The notes below the pieces were generated by a model. The model did no database searches, was not told where the DNA came from, and worked only from the letters and a program-made list of their open reading frames with translations. From NCBI GenBank assembly GCA_001687465.1, contig LVLI01000020.1, positions 62,001 through 126,000 on the forward strand: DNA of 64,000 bases, read 5' to 3'. Shown piece by piece: positions 38,037 through 49,957 of the stretch; within the stretch, counting starts at the first letter, position 1; each line of letters begins with the position of its first letter. Position numbers and translations under genes: made by a program. Source of the DNA: Halocafeteria seosinensis. Taxonomy: Eukaryota.

Positions 38037-39029
38037 ATGGCGGAAAGAAAGGTGCTAAACAAGTATTTCCCTCCGGATTTCGATCCGGCCAAGCTCCCCA
38101 AAGGAAAGGCTCCTAAAGACAACCAGTGGCATGTCCGGATGATGTTGCCATTTAGCTGTCGTTGTACAAATTGTGGAGAATTTATGGGTGGAGGCAAGAA
38201 GTTCAACAGTCGAATGGAAAGCATCAAAGGAGCTGAATACCTCGGACTAAAGAAATTTAGATTCTACCAAAAATGCCCGGTGTGCTCTATTGACTTCACC
38301 TTTTATACAGACCCAGAGATATCAGACTATCGTGCTGAGGCAAATATTGTACGGCTCTCGGACTACTCTAGTGCAAAGCGCAATGAAGAAATAGCTGAGC
38401 AGAACAAACAAGACTCGGCTCCGGAGGACCCCATGCAGCAGTTGGAAGACAGAACCCAAGACTCAAAGCGACAGATGGAAATTATGGACAATTTAGATGA
38501 GTTAATGGAAATCCAGCAGGCTAAAAGTAAAGTCAACCCAGAAGAAGCGATACAAAGAACAGGGAAACGAACAGAGCAAAGTGAGCAAGAGGAACAAAAT
38601 AAGAATGGGGATGTATTAACCGCAGAAGATGAAGAGAACATTCGAAATACATTTTCGTCTAAGCGACAGAAAATACAGCGCATAGATTCTTCGTCGGAAA
38701 AACAATCGAAGAAAGGCGTTTCTGTTAAGCCTGCAAAAGCATCCGCCTCGGCGGACGTTTCTTCATTCTCTTCTTCCTCCTCGTCACTCAGGCCTTCTGT
38801 CGTCGTTCGACCCAGAGCTAAGAGATCCCAAGACAACACTGGCAATGAAGGCAATTCTACTTCAGCAAGCAGTAATACAGCTTCTAGCAAGAATGGAGAT
38901 GTACAAGCGTTTGCATGTTCCTCAACAGATAAAGCCATATCTAACTCGGCGAAGTCTGATTCAGATAGCGATAAAGGTGGTGGTTTAGTGGCTTATGGGA
39001 GTAGTAGTGATAGTGAAGACAACAAGTGA
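38037..39029 (+). CDS. YJU2: Splicing factor YJU2/CCDC94
   Basis: 'MAERKVLNKYFPPDFDP', 'VRMMLPF...C..C', 'KKFN', 'YLGL..FRFY.KC'. Confidence 0.95.
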   Translation: MAERKVLNKYFPPDFDPAKLPKGKAPKDNQWHVRMMLPFSCRCTNCGEFMGGGKKFNSRMESIKGAEYLGLKKFRFYQKCPVCSIDFTFYTDPEISDYRAEANIVRLSDYSSAKRNEEIAEQNKQDSAPEDPMQQLEDRTQDSKRQMEIMDNLDELMEIQQAKSKVNPEEAIQRTGKRTEQSEQEEQNKNGDVLTAEDEENIRNTFSSKRQKIQRIDSSSEKQSKKGVSVKPAKASASADVSSFSSSSSSLRPSVVVRPRAKRSQDNTGNEGNSTSASSNTASSKNGDVQAFACSSTDKAISNSAKSDSDSDKGGGLVAYGSSSDSEDNK

Positions 39030-39363
39030 TGAATCGCGTTTAATTTGTACCCCTTCCTACTTATTAGGAAAACTCGTTGTCCACAATTGTTTACGGCGGT
39101 GATACCACGGTGGTATTGCCACCTTCCCACTTGAGTACGCGTTGCTAGGTCTGAGTTTGTGCAGCTTTTTAAAGCCGTATCGCAAGACATATCACAAGGC
39201 CCTGTGACAAGGTGGATGCCATCATGGCAACTTGAAATGGGAAACTCGCCATTCCAGCAGTGGATTGTTCAATTTTCCCCCACTTTTTTTTCTGGGGGTG
39301 GTGCATATATGTATGTTAGATAGGACATAACATCCCCAGTGTAATAAATAGTATATTAACATA

Positions 39364-40848
39364 ATGGAGGCTCTGAATAAACTGCGTGAATGCATCGTAA
39401 AGGGTCGTCCCGTGCAGGAGGAGGGCCCATATCTGGTGCTAGATGGTCAGCATACGTACCCTAAACAGCTGAAAACACCGTTTCGGGATGAAAATGGGCG
39501 CCAGTATTACACTCTAGGGGCGTTATGGCTTCAGTACGAGTACCAAAATGAACCATTTATGACATACAAAAGCGAAACGCAAAAGAGAGAAGCCGGAGGC
39601 TTTGTGTTGGTCACGGATAAGCAAGTTGTCCTGGATTATTTGGTCGGAAATGACACGGCGGATAAGCATATTGACCTCGATTTCGTTCCTGAAGAGCAAG
39701 AGAATGACCAAGGACAAGATGGGTCAGCACCTGAGTCCAGTCGGTCTTCGTCATCGGCAGCCAATGCCCAAGGAGCAACTGGATCCAAACGCCGTTCTGA
39801 AGCGTCCACTGAACCAGGAGACGGCCGAAAAAATCAAAGGACCTCGACAAGTCAGCACGATGGGAAAAGTCCAGAAGATGAGGTTTCGCGATTTCTTCCC
39901 CCATGGTGTCCTAAGAGCATTAATGAGGCTATACAGTATGAGACTGTGTTTCGTACGAGGCACTCGGTGCTCCAGGCGCACACGGGCAAAGACCTCCGGG
40001 ATATTGCATTCGAAAAGTTTTCTAGAACTAGTGAAAACAAACGGGGGACAGTGTCTGCAGAAATACGAGCTCGCGAAAGACGGCAATATCTGATTGGTAA
40101 AGGTGGAACACCTATGATTATTGTCCCAAACTCCCTGACATCTCTGATCAACTTATACAATATCCGACCTTTGTTGGTGGAGGGGAAGTAAGTTCTAGAA
40201 ACGTTGGCTCATAGAATCAGAGGCATTATTGACCTTAAGTCCGCCACGCTCTTTCTAACAGGTTTATTCCCCCTGACGAGGCAAGACAGAGCGCCGGGAC
40301 GGGAGCGAAACCGGCTTATATTACCATACGCCGAGAAGACAATCGTGGAGTCGAGATGCTATACCGGGTGGTAGACAATGCAGACAAGCTTGGTTCCTCT
40401 GACTGGTATGTAGTGGGTTTACGTCCGAGTGGAGATTGAATATAAGCTAGGCACATCGAATGATGCAGGAACAAGGTTGTCGCTATATTCGCCCACGGAC
40501 CGGAATGGCAGTTTAAGGGGTGGAAATGGGGTCAAAAAGAGGGACCGACAGTTGGGCCTGCGGAAATTTTTAGTCGCAGCTATGGCTTTCACGTACACTA
40601 CGATAACTGTGAAGTGCACCCCAATATCAAGAAATGGAATGTAGTTCCACTACCGGTAAGTGCATCGCGCGCGATAGATTTCGCCCGCTTCTACGCTATA
40701 CGTATACTTTGTGTATTCAATACTTACACGGCAGGTCTCAAGATCGCGTAGGCATTTAGATGCCGTGACGGCGGGGAAATTTTGGGAGCTTATAGATAAC
40801 TTTATCTACACCAAGAAGCCGTCTTTACTACAACCTGGGAGCACTTAA
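39364..40848 (+). CDS. CDC73: Paf1 complex subunit CDC73/parafibromin (multi-exon)
   Basis: 'YYTL', 'PMIIVP....SLINLYN', 'WQFKGW', 'RHLD......FWE'; stop at 40846-40848. Confidence 0.9.
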
Positions 40849-43609
40849 TTCTCGTCGTTTTCTTCCTTTGGAGCAGTCCGGAGTATGCTAACGCTCATTT
40901 TCTTTACAGATCCTCGGTCTAATACATTGTCTGTGTCTTCCTCTTCGCTTTCTTCTTCTTGTGCTTCTGTATACAAATGAAGTAAATCTACTACGCACAG
41001 TTATTCATAGCATTTTGATCGCGTAGCGCTCTTACCTCCCTCCTTCCTATCAGACTCTTCATCTTTACTTGTCGGGATGCGAGGATTGTATGGGCTCATC
41101 TGGAAATTCTGGGATATATGCGTCTGCATCGCAAACATAGCCCCAGCCCCTTTTGCTTGCGACTTTGATCCTGATCCTGTTGGGGTCTGCGGCACTCCTG
41201 TCATCAACTCTGCAGATGTGTCACCTGCCTGACCTTCTTGTTTTTGATTACCGATATCCAGACCTAGCTTCGTGCTCTCTTCTGGATCGTGCATCGCTTG
41301 CATCCTCCTCACATCATCCATAACCACCTGCAGTTTGCCTTGCAGCGTAGTCGCCACCTCTCTGATCTCTCGTGGATCTAAGAGTTTTACAGATATGCGC
41401 GGTGGACTTTCAGATTCTTCTTCATTGTCTTGTTCACTTCCCTCCCCGATTTCAAAGACATCTTCAAAGGTAAAATGCCCTGATTCACGTTGTTGGGAGG
41501 CGGCAGGTGACGTTCTCGTTGCCGACGAATTTTCTACAGATGAGTACAGTTGCGACTTCGAACGTTCTTCAAGCTCATAAGATGGACCCGACCAATCCGG
41601 TACCAATCTCGAAATAACTCCTTGCAAGCCTATTCGAACAGGCTGCACGGTATCGTAAAGATATTCAAGTTCTGCTTTTTGATGGTCTATAGCTTTGTGC
41701 TCGTTTCCTAACTCCTGCTCCAAAATGTTGAGGTACCTGTTAGTCAAGCGTTCTTCTTTCTCTACTTTTACCTGATGCAAGTACTTTTCCACCGTCTTTA
41801 GTTCTTGAGCTAGTTCCGAAACGTTCGTTTCCTCGTCTTCGCATTTTCTAAGCAAGTCCTTCCTTGCGTCGTCCTGTCGCTTGCACAGATTCAGGACACT
41901 TTGGACAGTCATGGGCTCATTTTCTTTACTGGTCGGAGCACTGGCGGAAGACGCTGTGGAAGTTGGCGACATCGATCCTTTAACTGACTCCTGTCGCGAA
42001 GGAGTACCTTGATCTCCTCCTTCCCCCGTGGGAGGAATAAGTCCTAGCCTCTGGAAACAACGCTCAAATCGAATATGCTCTTCCTGCTGTTGAGTGCGCT
42101 CTCCCTCTTTTCTATCCATAGCTTCTGCCTGGCGAATCTTCTCAATCTCCTTTCGCATCCTCTTTTCTTCCTCTTTCCGCTGACGTTCGCGTTCTTCCTC
42201 CTCTTCTAACTCCTTTGCTCGCTCTACCTGGCGTTCGACGAAGGTATCAAATGCTTCCTTCTCGCGAAGCCAATCTTGTTTGAGTTTCACTTCATGCTCC
42301 CACAGCTTAATTTCTTCTTTGGATCGTTTCTTTAGCTCACTTAGCCGAGCGCGCGATTTCCCTAAAGCTTCCTTCGATATCACTTGCTTATTGTCCAATT
42401 CGCTTAAGTGAGTCTTCACTCTCAATGATTCTTCCTCCAGTTCTTGGAATCGCTTCTGCGCATTCACGACTTCCTTGTTTATCCTTGCTTCCATATGCTC
42501 ATAAGTTGAGCGTTTTTGCCTTTCTTTTTCGACCTTTTTCCTCAATTGTTCGTACTGCTCCCGTTTCTTATCAAGGGTCTGCGGGAAACCGGAAAGAATA
42601 TATGCGGTCCACGTGGCGAACACGTTATTCAAAGTGCAAGAGTACGTACCGCATGGTTACCGAAAACTGGTTTAGCAGATATCCCTTTAACGGGCCGCAT
42701 TTTTTTTCTCGTCATACCTACTCTTTCGGGATTAACCCGCTTTTCTTTGCGTCCCTTCTTACTGACTTCTGCGGTCTTTTGCTGTGACCCAGGTTCTTCA
42801 CTGTCGGCGTTGTAGCGACTACTATCTCCAGAGGGAGGATCTTCATCCTTAGATGAGCTTGCACCTTTCATTTCCTCTGCTGCTTGACGCTGAAGGTCGT
42901 CGATGTATTTATCAGGGTCCAATCCTAATGCTGCTCCATCGCAAACGAGGTCGCGAAGTTTCAATTCTAACTGTTGGGCCTTTTCGCGTTGCCGCTGTAG
43001 CTGAAAGCGCTCTTCATCAAATTCATGTCGCTTCTTGTTAAGGGTCTTATATACATTCTCTTGTAGTGTCTTAACTAACTCATCAGCAGAGTTTTTACTG
43101 TCATTCCGGTTCTGCATAAACAAGTGACAATGACGTCGGTAGCCTTTCAGTGCTCGTGGGAGCTCAGAAAAACTTACCATCAAAGTGCGCACATTTGTTC
43201 GAGTCATATCTGTGGGGTTCAAAGACTTTTGTGGGACCATTCCCACATTGCCAGTACGCAATTCATCCAACTTGCGCATCACATCCTCCTCAGAGTTGCG
43301 ACCGGTGCTATTGCGCTGAGTCCTGACTCGAGACGTGCTTTCTCGTTGAGTAGCATGTCGCCGTTCCGAAGGAAGCATGGCGCTACCTGAGCGTTGTGTT
43401 GAGTGCTTTTGCTGCCCTTTCGCTGCTTGATGGATCTCAGGCAAGCTCGATGCGCTCGAAGACAGCGCAGTTTTCTGTTGTTGATCCTGTCTTTCATTAT
43501 CCTGTCGAGGGCGAGGACTGCGTCGCTGCTGTTTCGGTGCCATTAAAGTATTCTCGTCTTCCCCGGTGGTTTTGGGGGGCTTATCGTTCTGCTTCCGGTT
43601 CACGGACAT
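40845..43609 (-). CDS. Coiled-coil outer dynein arm docking protein, ODAD3/CCDC151-like (multi-exon)
   Basis: Long coiled coil, 'YNPRI', acidic stretch and last exon 'VLDRGSVKKMS'; stop at 40845-40847. Confidence 0.55.
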
Positions 43610-44463
43610 TGTGGAAGATCACGGTGTGCGCCAACGGCAATCAAGCAAGCAACCCAGCTCCTTTGCTGGCCAGTTTCCACGGCGCTTTCCCCAGAACTGA
43701 GCTTACTACAACGGAATTATCACCAGTGATAAGTCTCAGCCATCGTATCGCACGCAAAGAGTGTGAGGCACTCTTGTACATAAACGACTTCCTCGCAGAG
43801 CAGTTCAACGACTCTCTGCACTTGGTGTCTTCCGTGTTCTAGCGAGTTAGCTGCACAGATGCCCAAGTGTTCGACTTCGATGAGATCAAACAAACGAATT
43901 GAGCCGATTGTAGTAGTGGCAAGTGGTTAGCTGGGCGTATTTTCTAAAACTGGGAAGCGATGCGCGTTTTCCGTGTCGCACGGTTGGTCGCAAGCAACTT
44001 CCCAGCAGCAGAGCAATACAACTTTCGGGTTCTACACTTTTGATTCATCCTGTCACAGTGTGAACAGAAAAGGAAAAAGTAATGAAAAAAAAATACCGCA
44101 AACATGTATTGGAGTTAATGTTTTAACTCATTGATGCAAGGGTTAGGCAACGTGTGTTTGCAGATTCTACGTGAATGGAATCTCACCAACCTACACTGGT
44201 AATTAGCAGAACCCACAAAACCTTGAAAGCCCAGAAGGAATGTCGGAATAACATTCGATTTCAATTTCAATTTCAGTGAGTCATCCACCGCACTTCCAGG
44301 AACAGGTTTTTGACGCCCGCGGCGAGTGGTGCGTATCACTTCTTTTCAGAATCTGTTGACATTTGACACGGCAATGTTTCCTTCGACTTATTCGCCGCGC
44401 AAGAGCCCTTCATGTGGTTGATTTGCCCATCTTAATGGCGCTGTAACACAATAGGAAGATACC

Positions 44464-45996
44464 ATGGGCACTCAGAATGGCGAAGACGATGTGGGGGTCA
44501 TTCGCCCTCCCCCTGAAATACGTGCCATTGTGGATAAAACAGCTGAATTCGTCGCCCGTAATGGAGCTGAATTCGAGCAAAAAATTGCAGAAAAGCAGCA
44601 GGGGAATACAAAGTTCAATTTTTTAAAAGAATCAGATCCGTACCATGCGTACTATGTACAGCAAGTGGAGCTCTACAGACAGGGGAAGCAGCCACAGCAG
44701 CAGCAGCAACCCGAAACAACCAGCAAACAGGAAGCCGAATCGGCCACTGAACAGAAAGCAGACGCTACAGAGACACAGTCCTCTGCGGGGGACACGAAGA
44801 AATTATCCTCGAAAGTAGCATTGATAACCCCCTATTTGGAAGCGAAAAAGAAAATACCCGGAGGAAGCGAAGCGCCGGAAGCACCGCCGTCGTTCCAGTT
44901 TATGTTGGATCCCCCTCCAGGAATATCACCTGCGAAATTGGAGACAATTAAACTGACTGCTCAATACACTGCGGTCTCTGGAAGATCATTTCTGACGGAA
45001 TTATCCTCAAAGGAGGAAGGAAACCAGGAGTTTGACTTCCTCAGACCAAATAACCAACTCTTCCCCTTTTTCACTTCGCTGGTTGAAAAATACTCAAGCA
45101 TGGTCAAAGGACCGAAAGATTTACGCGACAAGGTCGCTCACATGGCAGAACACAAGTTCAGTGTCTTTGAAAAGAGCGTGTGGAGGGCAGAGCATAAGCG
45201 CGTGGAAGAACAAAGAAAAGCTGCGGAACGTGCAGAAACGGAGGGGGAACAGTTGGCAATGGCAGATATCGATTGGCATGACTTTGTGGTAGTAGACACA
45301 ATTAACTTTAATGACGATGACGAAGGACTCCCTGCCCCCTCGTCGCAGCCTGCACCTCGACAGCATCAGCCCGACATCTCTGCCAAACCAGCAGCTGCTG
45401 CTCCCCAGAAGGATGATGATGACGGAATGGACACGGACAGTGATGAATCTGAACACGATACAGAAATGAAACCTGTGGAGGATGATGATGAGAAGCTTAA
45501 TGTTGTCCCAGAAGAGAGTTATCAGCCTAAAGTTGCTCAAAATCGGCCAAATGCTCCGACTATCGTGCATCCTCAAACAGGAAGGGAAATTCCTGTGGAT
45601 AACCTGAACGAAAACATGCGGATCGAGTTTATGGACCCGAAATACCGAGAGGAAACGCAGAGAGCTCTCGAAAAGCATAAAACGACGAACTACCTTGGTG
45701 GTGAGGATGTTGCTGAGAATTTACAACGACTAGCCGCCAGACGTTCAGATATTTTTGGAGAGGAGACTGCCAAGGCGAGGGCGCGGGTCCCTCAAGAGGA
45801 AGGAAGCTCTCAATCCAAGGTTGTTTGGGACGGTAAGATCATGTCTGCTCAGGCCTTGCAAGAAGCAAAACGTCTGGCTGCGCAGCAGCAACAGCAACAG
45901 GAAGCCACTCAGTCTAGCAAAGTTGAGAATCAGTCCACTGTTGTAGGGCCGGCGCCACCGCCACCGGCTAAGCGAACCAAAAATGAGAATGAATAA
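44464..45996 (+). CDS. SF3A1: Splicing factor 3A subunit 1 (Prp21)
   Basis: Two SURP domains ('IVDKTAEFVARNG.EFE', 'IKLTAQY'), 'IDWHDFVVVDTI', 'RRSDIFG'. Confidence 0.95.
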   Translation: MGTQNGEDDVGVIRPPPEIRAIVDKTAEFVARNGAEFEQKIAEKQQGNTKFNFLKESDPYHAYYVQQVELYRQGKQPQQQQQPETTSKQEAESATEQKADATETQSSAGDTKKLSSKVALITPYLEAKKKIPGGSEAPEAPPSFQFMLDPPPGISPAKLETIKLTAQYTAVSGRSFLTELSSKEEGNQEFDFLRPNNQLFPFFTSLVEKYSSMVKGPKDLRDKVAHMAEHKFSVFEKSVWRAEHKRVEEQRKAAERAETEGEQLAMADIDWHDFVVVDTINFNDDDEGLPAPSSQPAPRQHQPDISAKPAAAAPQKDDDDGMDTDSDESEHDTEMKPVEDDDEKLNVVPEESYQPKVAQNRPNAPTIVHPQTGREIPVDNLNENMRIEFMDPKYREETQRALEKHKTTNYLGGEDVAENLQRLAARRSDIFGEETAKARARVPQEEGSSQSKVVWDGKIMSAQALQEAKRLAAQQQQQQEATQSSKVENQSTVVGPAPPPPAKRTKNENE

Positions 45997-46041
45997 ACAC
46001 ATCACGAAGCCGCTAAAATAAAAGGAGTGTTGATTGTTAAG

Positions 46042-48083
46042 TTATCTGTTTTGGTGCTTCATCTTCTCCGCTTCGGCACTGATCTGTCTCTCTACTGTCT
46101 TCGCTTGACTTTGCAAATGGTGAGCAGTCTGATCTATCCACTTCATGCTATGCATATGTGCGTCCAATGTTCTCCGAATATCATCCAACTGCATAGGCCA
46201 AAATTAAACAGAAATACGCGATATCGAAGGCTTTCACTATGCAATACTCAAGCAATTCAACTTACAGAGTTTTCCTCCTTGCCAGCATAAACATCATTTG
46301 CCTGATCGACGAGGTTCCTAAGACATGTTTGCAACTCCATCAGTTCGTTTTCTACGTTTTGAGCGAGCTCATAGTAGTCTTCCCTTTCGCGATCGGCTTG
46401 AGTGCTTCCTTCTTCCACTTCGTCATCAGCCTTTAAGATGTCGTCAACCTTTGCCTCTAGGTGGCCTAACTCTGTGATTATGTTGTCTTGTTGATGTTCC
46501 ACAGCTTCGACTTGCTTCCCAATATCATTACAGCCTCTTTCTAAATCAAAATACTGTTCGGCTAGCGTAGACAACGAGGAATGATACCCTTTCAGCTGAG
46601 AGTCCCACTCAGCAATGTGCTTTCCTTTCTCGTCAAAATCACCTCGTTGCTTGTCCAGTTGCTTCTTCCACTCACGGAACAGCTTATCTAGGGTCTTGTC
46701 ATCGATTTCTTCAGTTGAAGGCTCCAAGGGCCGTGGCTGCCCAGCCGCTTGCCCCTGGCTTGGCGGAAAGACATTTGCGTTCCCGCTTTGAGTAACGCTG
46801 GTTGTGCTTGTGGTGCCTGATGTCTTTGCTGGCTCCGACGTGCTTAGGATGTTTTTCTTCGGCTGAGCTGTACTGTCGTTACTAGGAAAGAAGTCTTGTG
46901 AATCCGCTGTCCTCTTTTGCAGTGAACTCGAGCTGAGTCCTGATTGAGTAGAGGCGTTTGCAGCACCACCTATCCCTGTGTTGGTATTACCGAAAAGACT
47001 GCTGCCTCCGGAGCCACTGCTCTGTTGGGTACTGCTCATCGTGGTCGGAGCAGCACCTCCAAACAAGCTATTTCCTGCCCCAAGCGTTTGGCCAGATTGT
47101 TGCCCAGAGCTGGTGCTGCTGGTGCTAGTTCCAAACAGCCCTCCCCCTCCAAGAGATTGACTAGTTTGCTGCCCAGACGGCCCGCTACTACCACCACCAA
47201 AAAGACCAGCACCAGCTCCTCCGAGAGGTTGACTCGTTTGCACCCCAGAGGTAGCATTGCTGCCGCCGCCGAAAAGACCACCGCCACCTCCTCCGAGAGG
47301 CTGACTTGTTTGCGCTCCAGATGTGGCACTGCTGCCACCCCCGAAAAGGCCGCCACCACCTCCAAGCGGTTGACTGGTTTGCACTCCAGATGTGGCCGTG
47401 CTACCGCCACCGAAGAGACCACCACCTCCCCCTCCGAGAGGTTGACTAGTTTGCATTCCAGAGGTGGTACTACTGCCGCCACCAAAAAGGCCTCCCCCTC
47501 CTGCTGAGCTGGTGTTGGTNGTGGTACCACCGCCTCCAAATAAACCACCACCACCCCCTCCTCCTCCAAAGAGCCCTGTATTTGCAGCAGTAGTACCACT
47601 GCTGGNTCCCCCTATACCCCCCAATCCACTCGTTTGCAAACTTGTGCTGGTTGTTGAGGCACCAGCGCCACCCCCAAATAATCCTGCGCCACCTCCTCCT
47701 CCTCCGCCGCCAAACAGGGAGCTTTGTTGTCCACTAGCCGTGCCACTGCTGCTTCCAAAAAGTCCTCCTCCTCCTCCTCCTACACCAGCGCCGCCAAATA
47801 TTCCCGAGGCTCCTTGTTGACTACTGGCACCACTGGCTCCAAAAAGGTTGCTTCCCCCTTGTTGTGGCGTGCTAGCCGTGCTTTGACCGAAAAGACTACT
47901 TTGTCCAAATGCTCCACCACCGCCACTACTTTGGCTTTGCTGCTGTCCGAATAAGCCTCCACCACCGGTAGAACCACTATTTTGATTCTGTTGCTGTCCA
48001 AATAAGCCACCACTAGTGTTTTGGTTCTGTTGTTGCCCAAATAGACCTCCTCCTCCACCACCACTTTGACCGAAAAGGGCCAT
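46042..48083 (-). CDS. NUP62: FG nucleoporin NUP62/Nsp1 (two exons)
   Basis: N-terminal GGGLFG repeats; Nsp1_C 'W...L..Q...F.......EWD', 'ADRERE..Y.LA'; last exon '[12 protein letters not shown]' ending at 46042. Confidence 0.9.
47090..47510 (-). repeat. Coding tandem repeat in NUP62 (about six ~22-aa units like [23 protein letters not shown])
   Basis: Visible in translation and in DNA (ccgagaggttgact...gtttgcactccaga recurring). Confidence 0.8.
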
Positions 48084-48185
48084 TTTTCTTGTGTTTTGCG
48101 TGATAATCTATCAGATTACAGTTAGCACAACTAGAGTAGGAATGCATATGAATGGTGTACTACAAACCCGAAATATTCATTCCAT

Positions 48186-49500
48186 GCAGGCTGGGACAAA
48201 TCTCCCCACTTTTCGTCTCCCCAATCGGGGTCTGGGGAGATCCGGCCCGGGGTTTTCACAGATTTCTTGGGTGTGCAAGGGGAAATTTCGGTTCTCGGAC
48301 CAAAATGTACTATTTTATGGTTTTATGGCCCATGTAAACACCTCATATAAACTCTAGATAACAAAAATTGTGTAAAATTGAACATTTTCGGAGGATAGAG
48401 TCATTAAACATCTTACTCGTGGCCTTCTGGAATTTCCGCACTTTCCACACTCGCAGAATGTCGACCGGGAGACAGCAACCTCTTATGAAAATCGCACACC
48501 ATGTCATGTATCATCTCATAATTTGTTACGGATTTTACAAGACCATCAGTAAGCTCATTTTATCGTAGAGAAGCCTGCGGATCTTCCGTTCGGTTCTTGA
48601 CCTTGTGGCGTTGCTCACTCCTATAGTGAGACACTGTATCTCAACATCACTTGTTCTAGGCTCTTTCCTTCCATGTTATGCTCCTTTTTGCCTGTTTCTA
48701 GCTGTTTGGTCCAATGATCTTTCGTTTGTTCTTTGGTGGTAAATCGCGGTGGAGGCTTCAGTTCCTCGTCGTAAACAAAAGTGGTCCAGACGATTTTACT
48801 GACATCGCATTCAGAGCCACATTCTTCATAATCAATTTTCTTCAGCAGTACAAAGCATTTTTTCTGTCTGGGCAAGACCTCTATGGCTGGATCCACATAT
48901 GTTTCGAACTTCTTGAGGAGTCGTCTAGCTAGCTCAGCGAATCCTGGATTCCTGATGCCCTATTGAAATTGTCGACGCCGCGGACACATACTCCTTCCTT
49001 GTGTTTCCTTCAATGTAACACCAGTGGTTTCATGTCGAACCAGACCTTGGCCCTCATCACCTTCCATAAGTCGAACAGACTGCTGAGTATATGTTTGAGT
49101 TCCTCCACGTCTTCCGTCGCTACAGCGGTCGGAATCAGCATTTGTCTTCCTTTCCTCTGCTTCAATAATATCCCCAAATTCATCAAGATAATCTTACTGT
49201 TACGTAGCATGTTGCTCAGTATCTGTATCACTGCTATGGCGGCCACGCTTTTGGCCCTTGGAGCGACCGGCGCTGGCGCGGGTAGCAGGCATGTTCCCTG
49301 TGCCACTTACGAGATAATACAGGCCCAAATAAAGGTGCATACAGCCTTAAAATAATGTATTAAGTAATGTGAGATGGCAATAGATTAATGACAAATGCTC
49401 ATAATGGATATATAACAATTTTTCGTACATCACCCCAAATGGCCAGTGGGGAGACTCCCCAGTCTCCCTGATTACACTAGGGAGATTTGTCCCAGCCTGC
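48186..49500. mobile_element. Non-autonomous TIR-bounded DNA transposon-like element (~1.3 kb)
   Basis: Perfect 21-bp inverted repeats GCAGGCTGGGACAAATCTCCC (48186-48206) and GGGAGATTTGTCCCAGCCTGC (49480-49500); TCTCCCC/GGGGAGA subterminal motifs at both ends; no target-site duplication seen. Confidence 0.7.
48621..49292 (-). pseudogene. Decayed 224-codon frame inside the TIR element
   Basis: ATG 49292 (MPATRASAGRSKGQKRGR...) runs in one frame into the 48621-48896 ORF through TAA (49200), TAA (49194) and TAG (48960). Confidence 0.5.
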
Positions 49501-49738
49501 CCGAGGAACGCCGGACCCGGTTGACAGTGTTGACAAGTTGACACCCGCCGGCGGCCGGACGGCCCGGGACGGGCTTCAAGCCCGGATCGCTGGCCCGGGG
49601 CTGAGCTGCAGCGAGACAGCACTGCCGCAGCAGCCTGCGGAGGGAATAAACCTGGGAAAGCGAAAGGTTAGGGCTCAACACGGTTAGGCGCCTAGACATG
49701 TAGTATAGTGTAGCGCATCGGCCAATATTACTAACTAA

Positions 49739-49957
49739 CCGCTTCAGGTTTGTTAGGGTAAGTGTGATGATTGGTATGAGTGATCTGACCATACATACAC
49801 GCATGGTTCAATTGTTTACTCACACATGACTACAAACATCGGAAAGTCTGTTTCAAACGCGTGTCTGGAGAGAGCGCCTGCCGCTTCAGGTTTGTTAACA
49901 AGTGTGATGATTCATGATGATTGGTATGAGCGATCTGACCATATATGCACACAGCAT
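49739..49957. repeat. Imperfect direct repeat, two copies of ~65-75 bp (49739-49804, 49881-49957)
   Basis: ccgcttcaggtttgtta...aagtgtgatga...ttggtatgagYgatctgaccata present twice. Confidence 0.9.

Noticed and set aside
43610..44463. Long intergenic gap as a possible ncRNA or small gene
   Set aside because: No recognisable RNA family motif or convincing reading frame
48621..49292. In-frame stops as evidence for a variant genetic code
   Set aside because: Conserved genes in the window terminate with TAA, TAG and TGA and have no internal stops; pseudogenisation is simpler
49489..49512. Resemblance of GTCCCAGCCTGCCCG to an HDV-like ribozyme
   Set aside because: Match is short, is explained by the TIR, and I could not build the double pseudoknot
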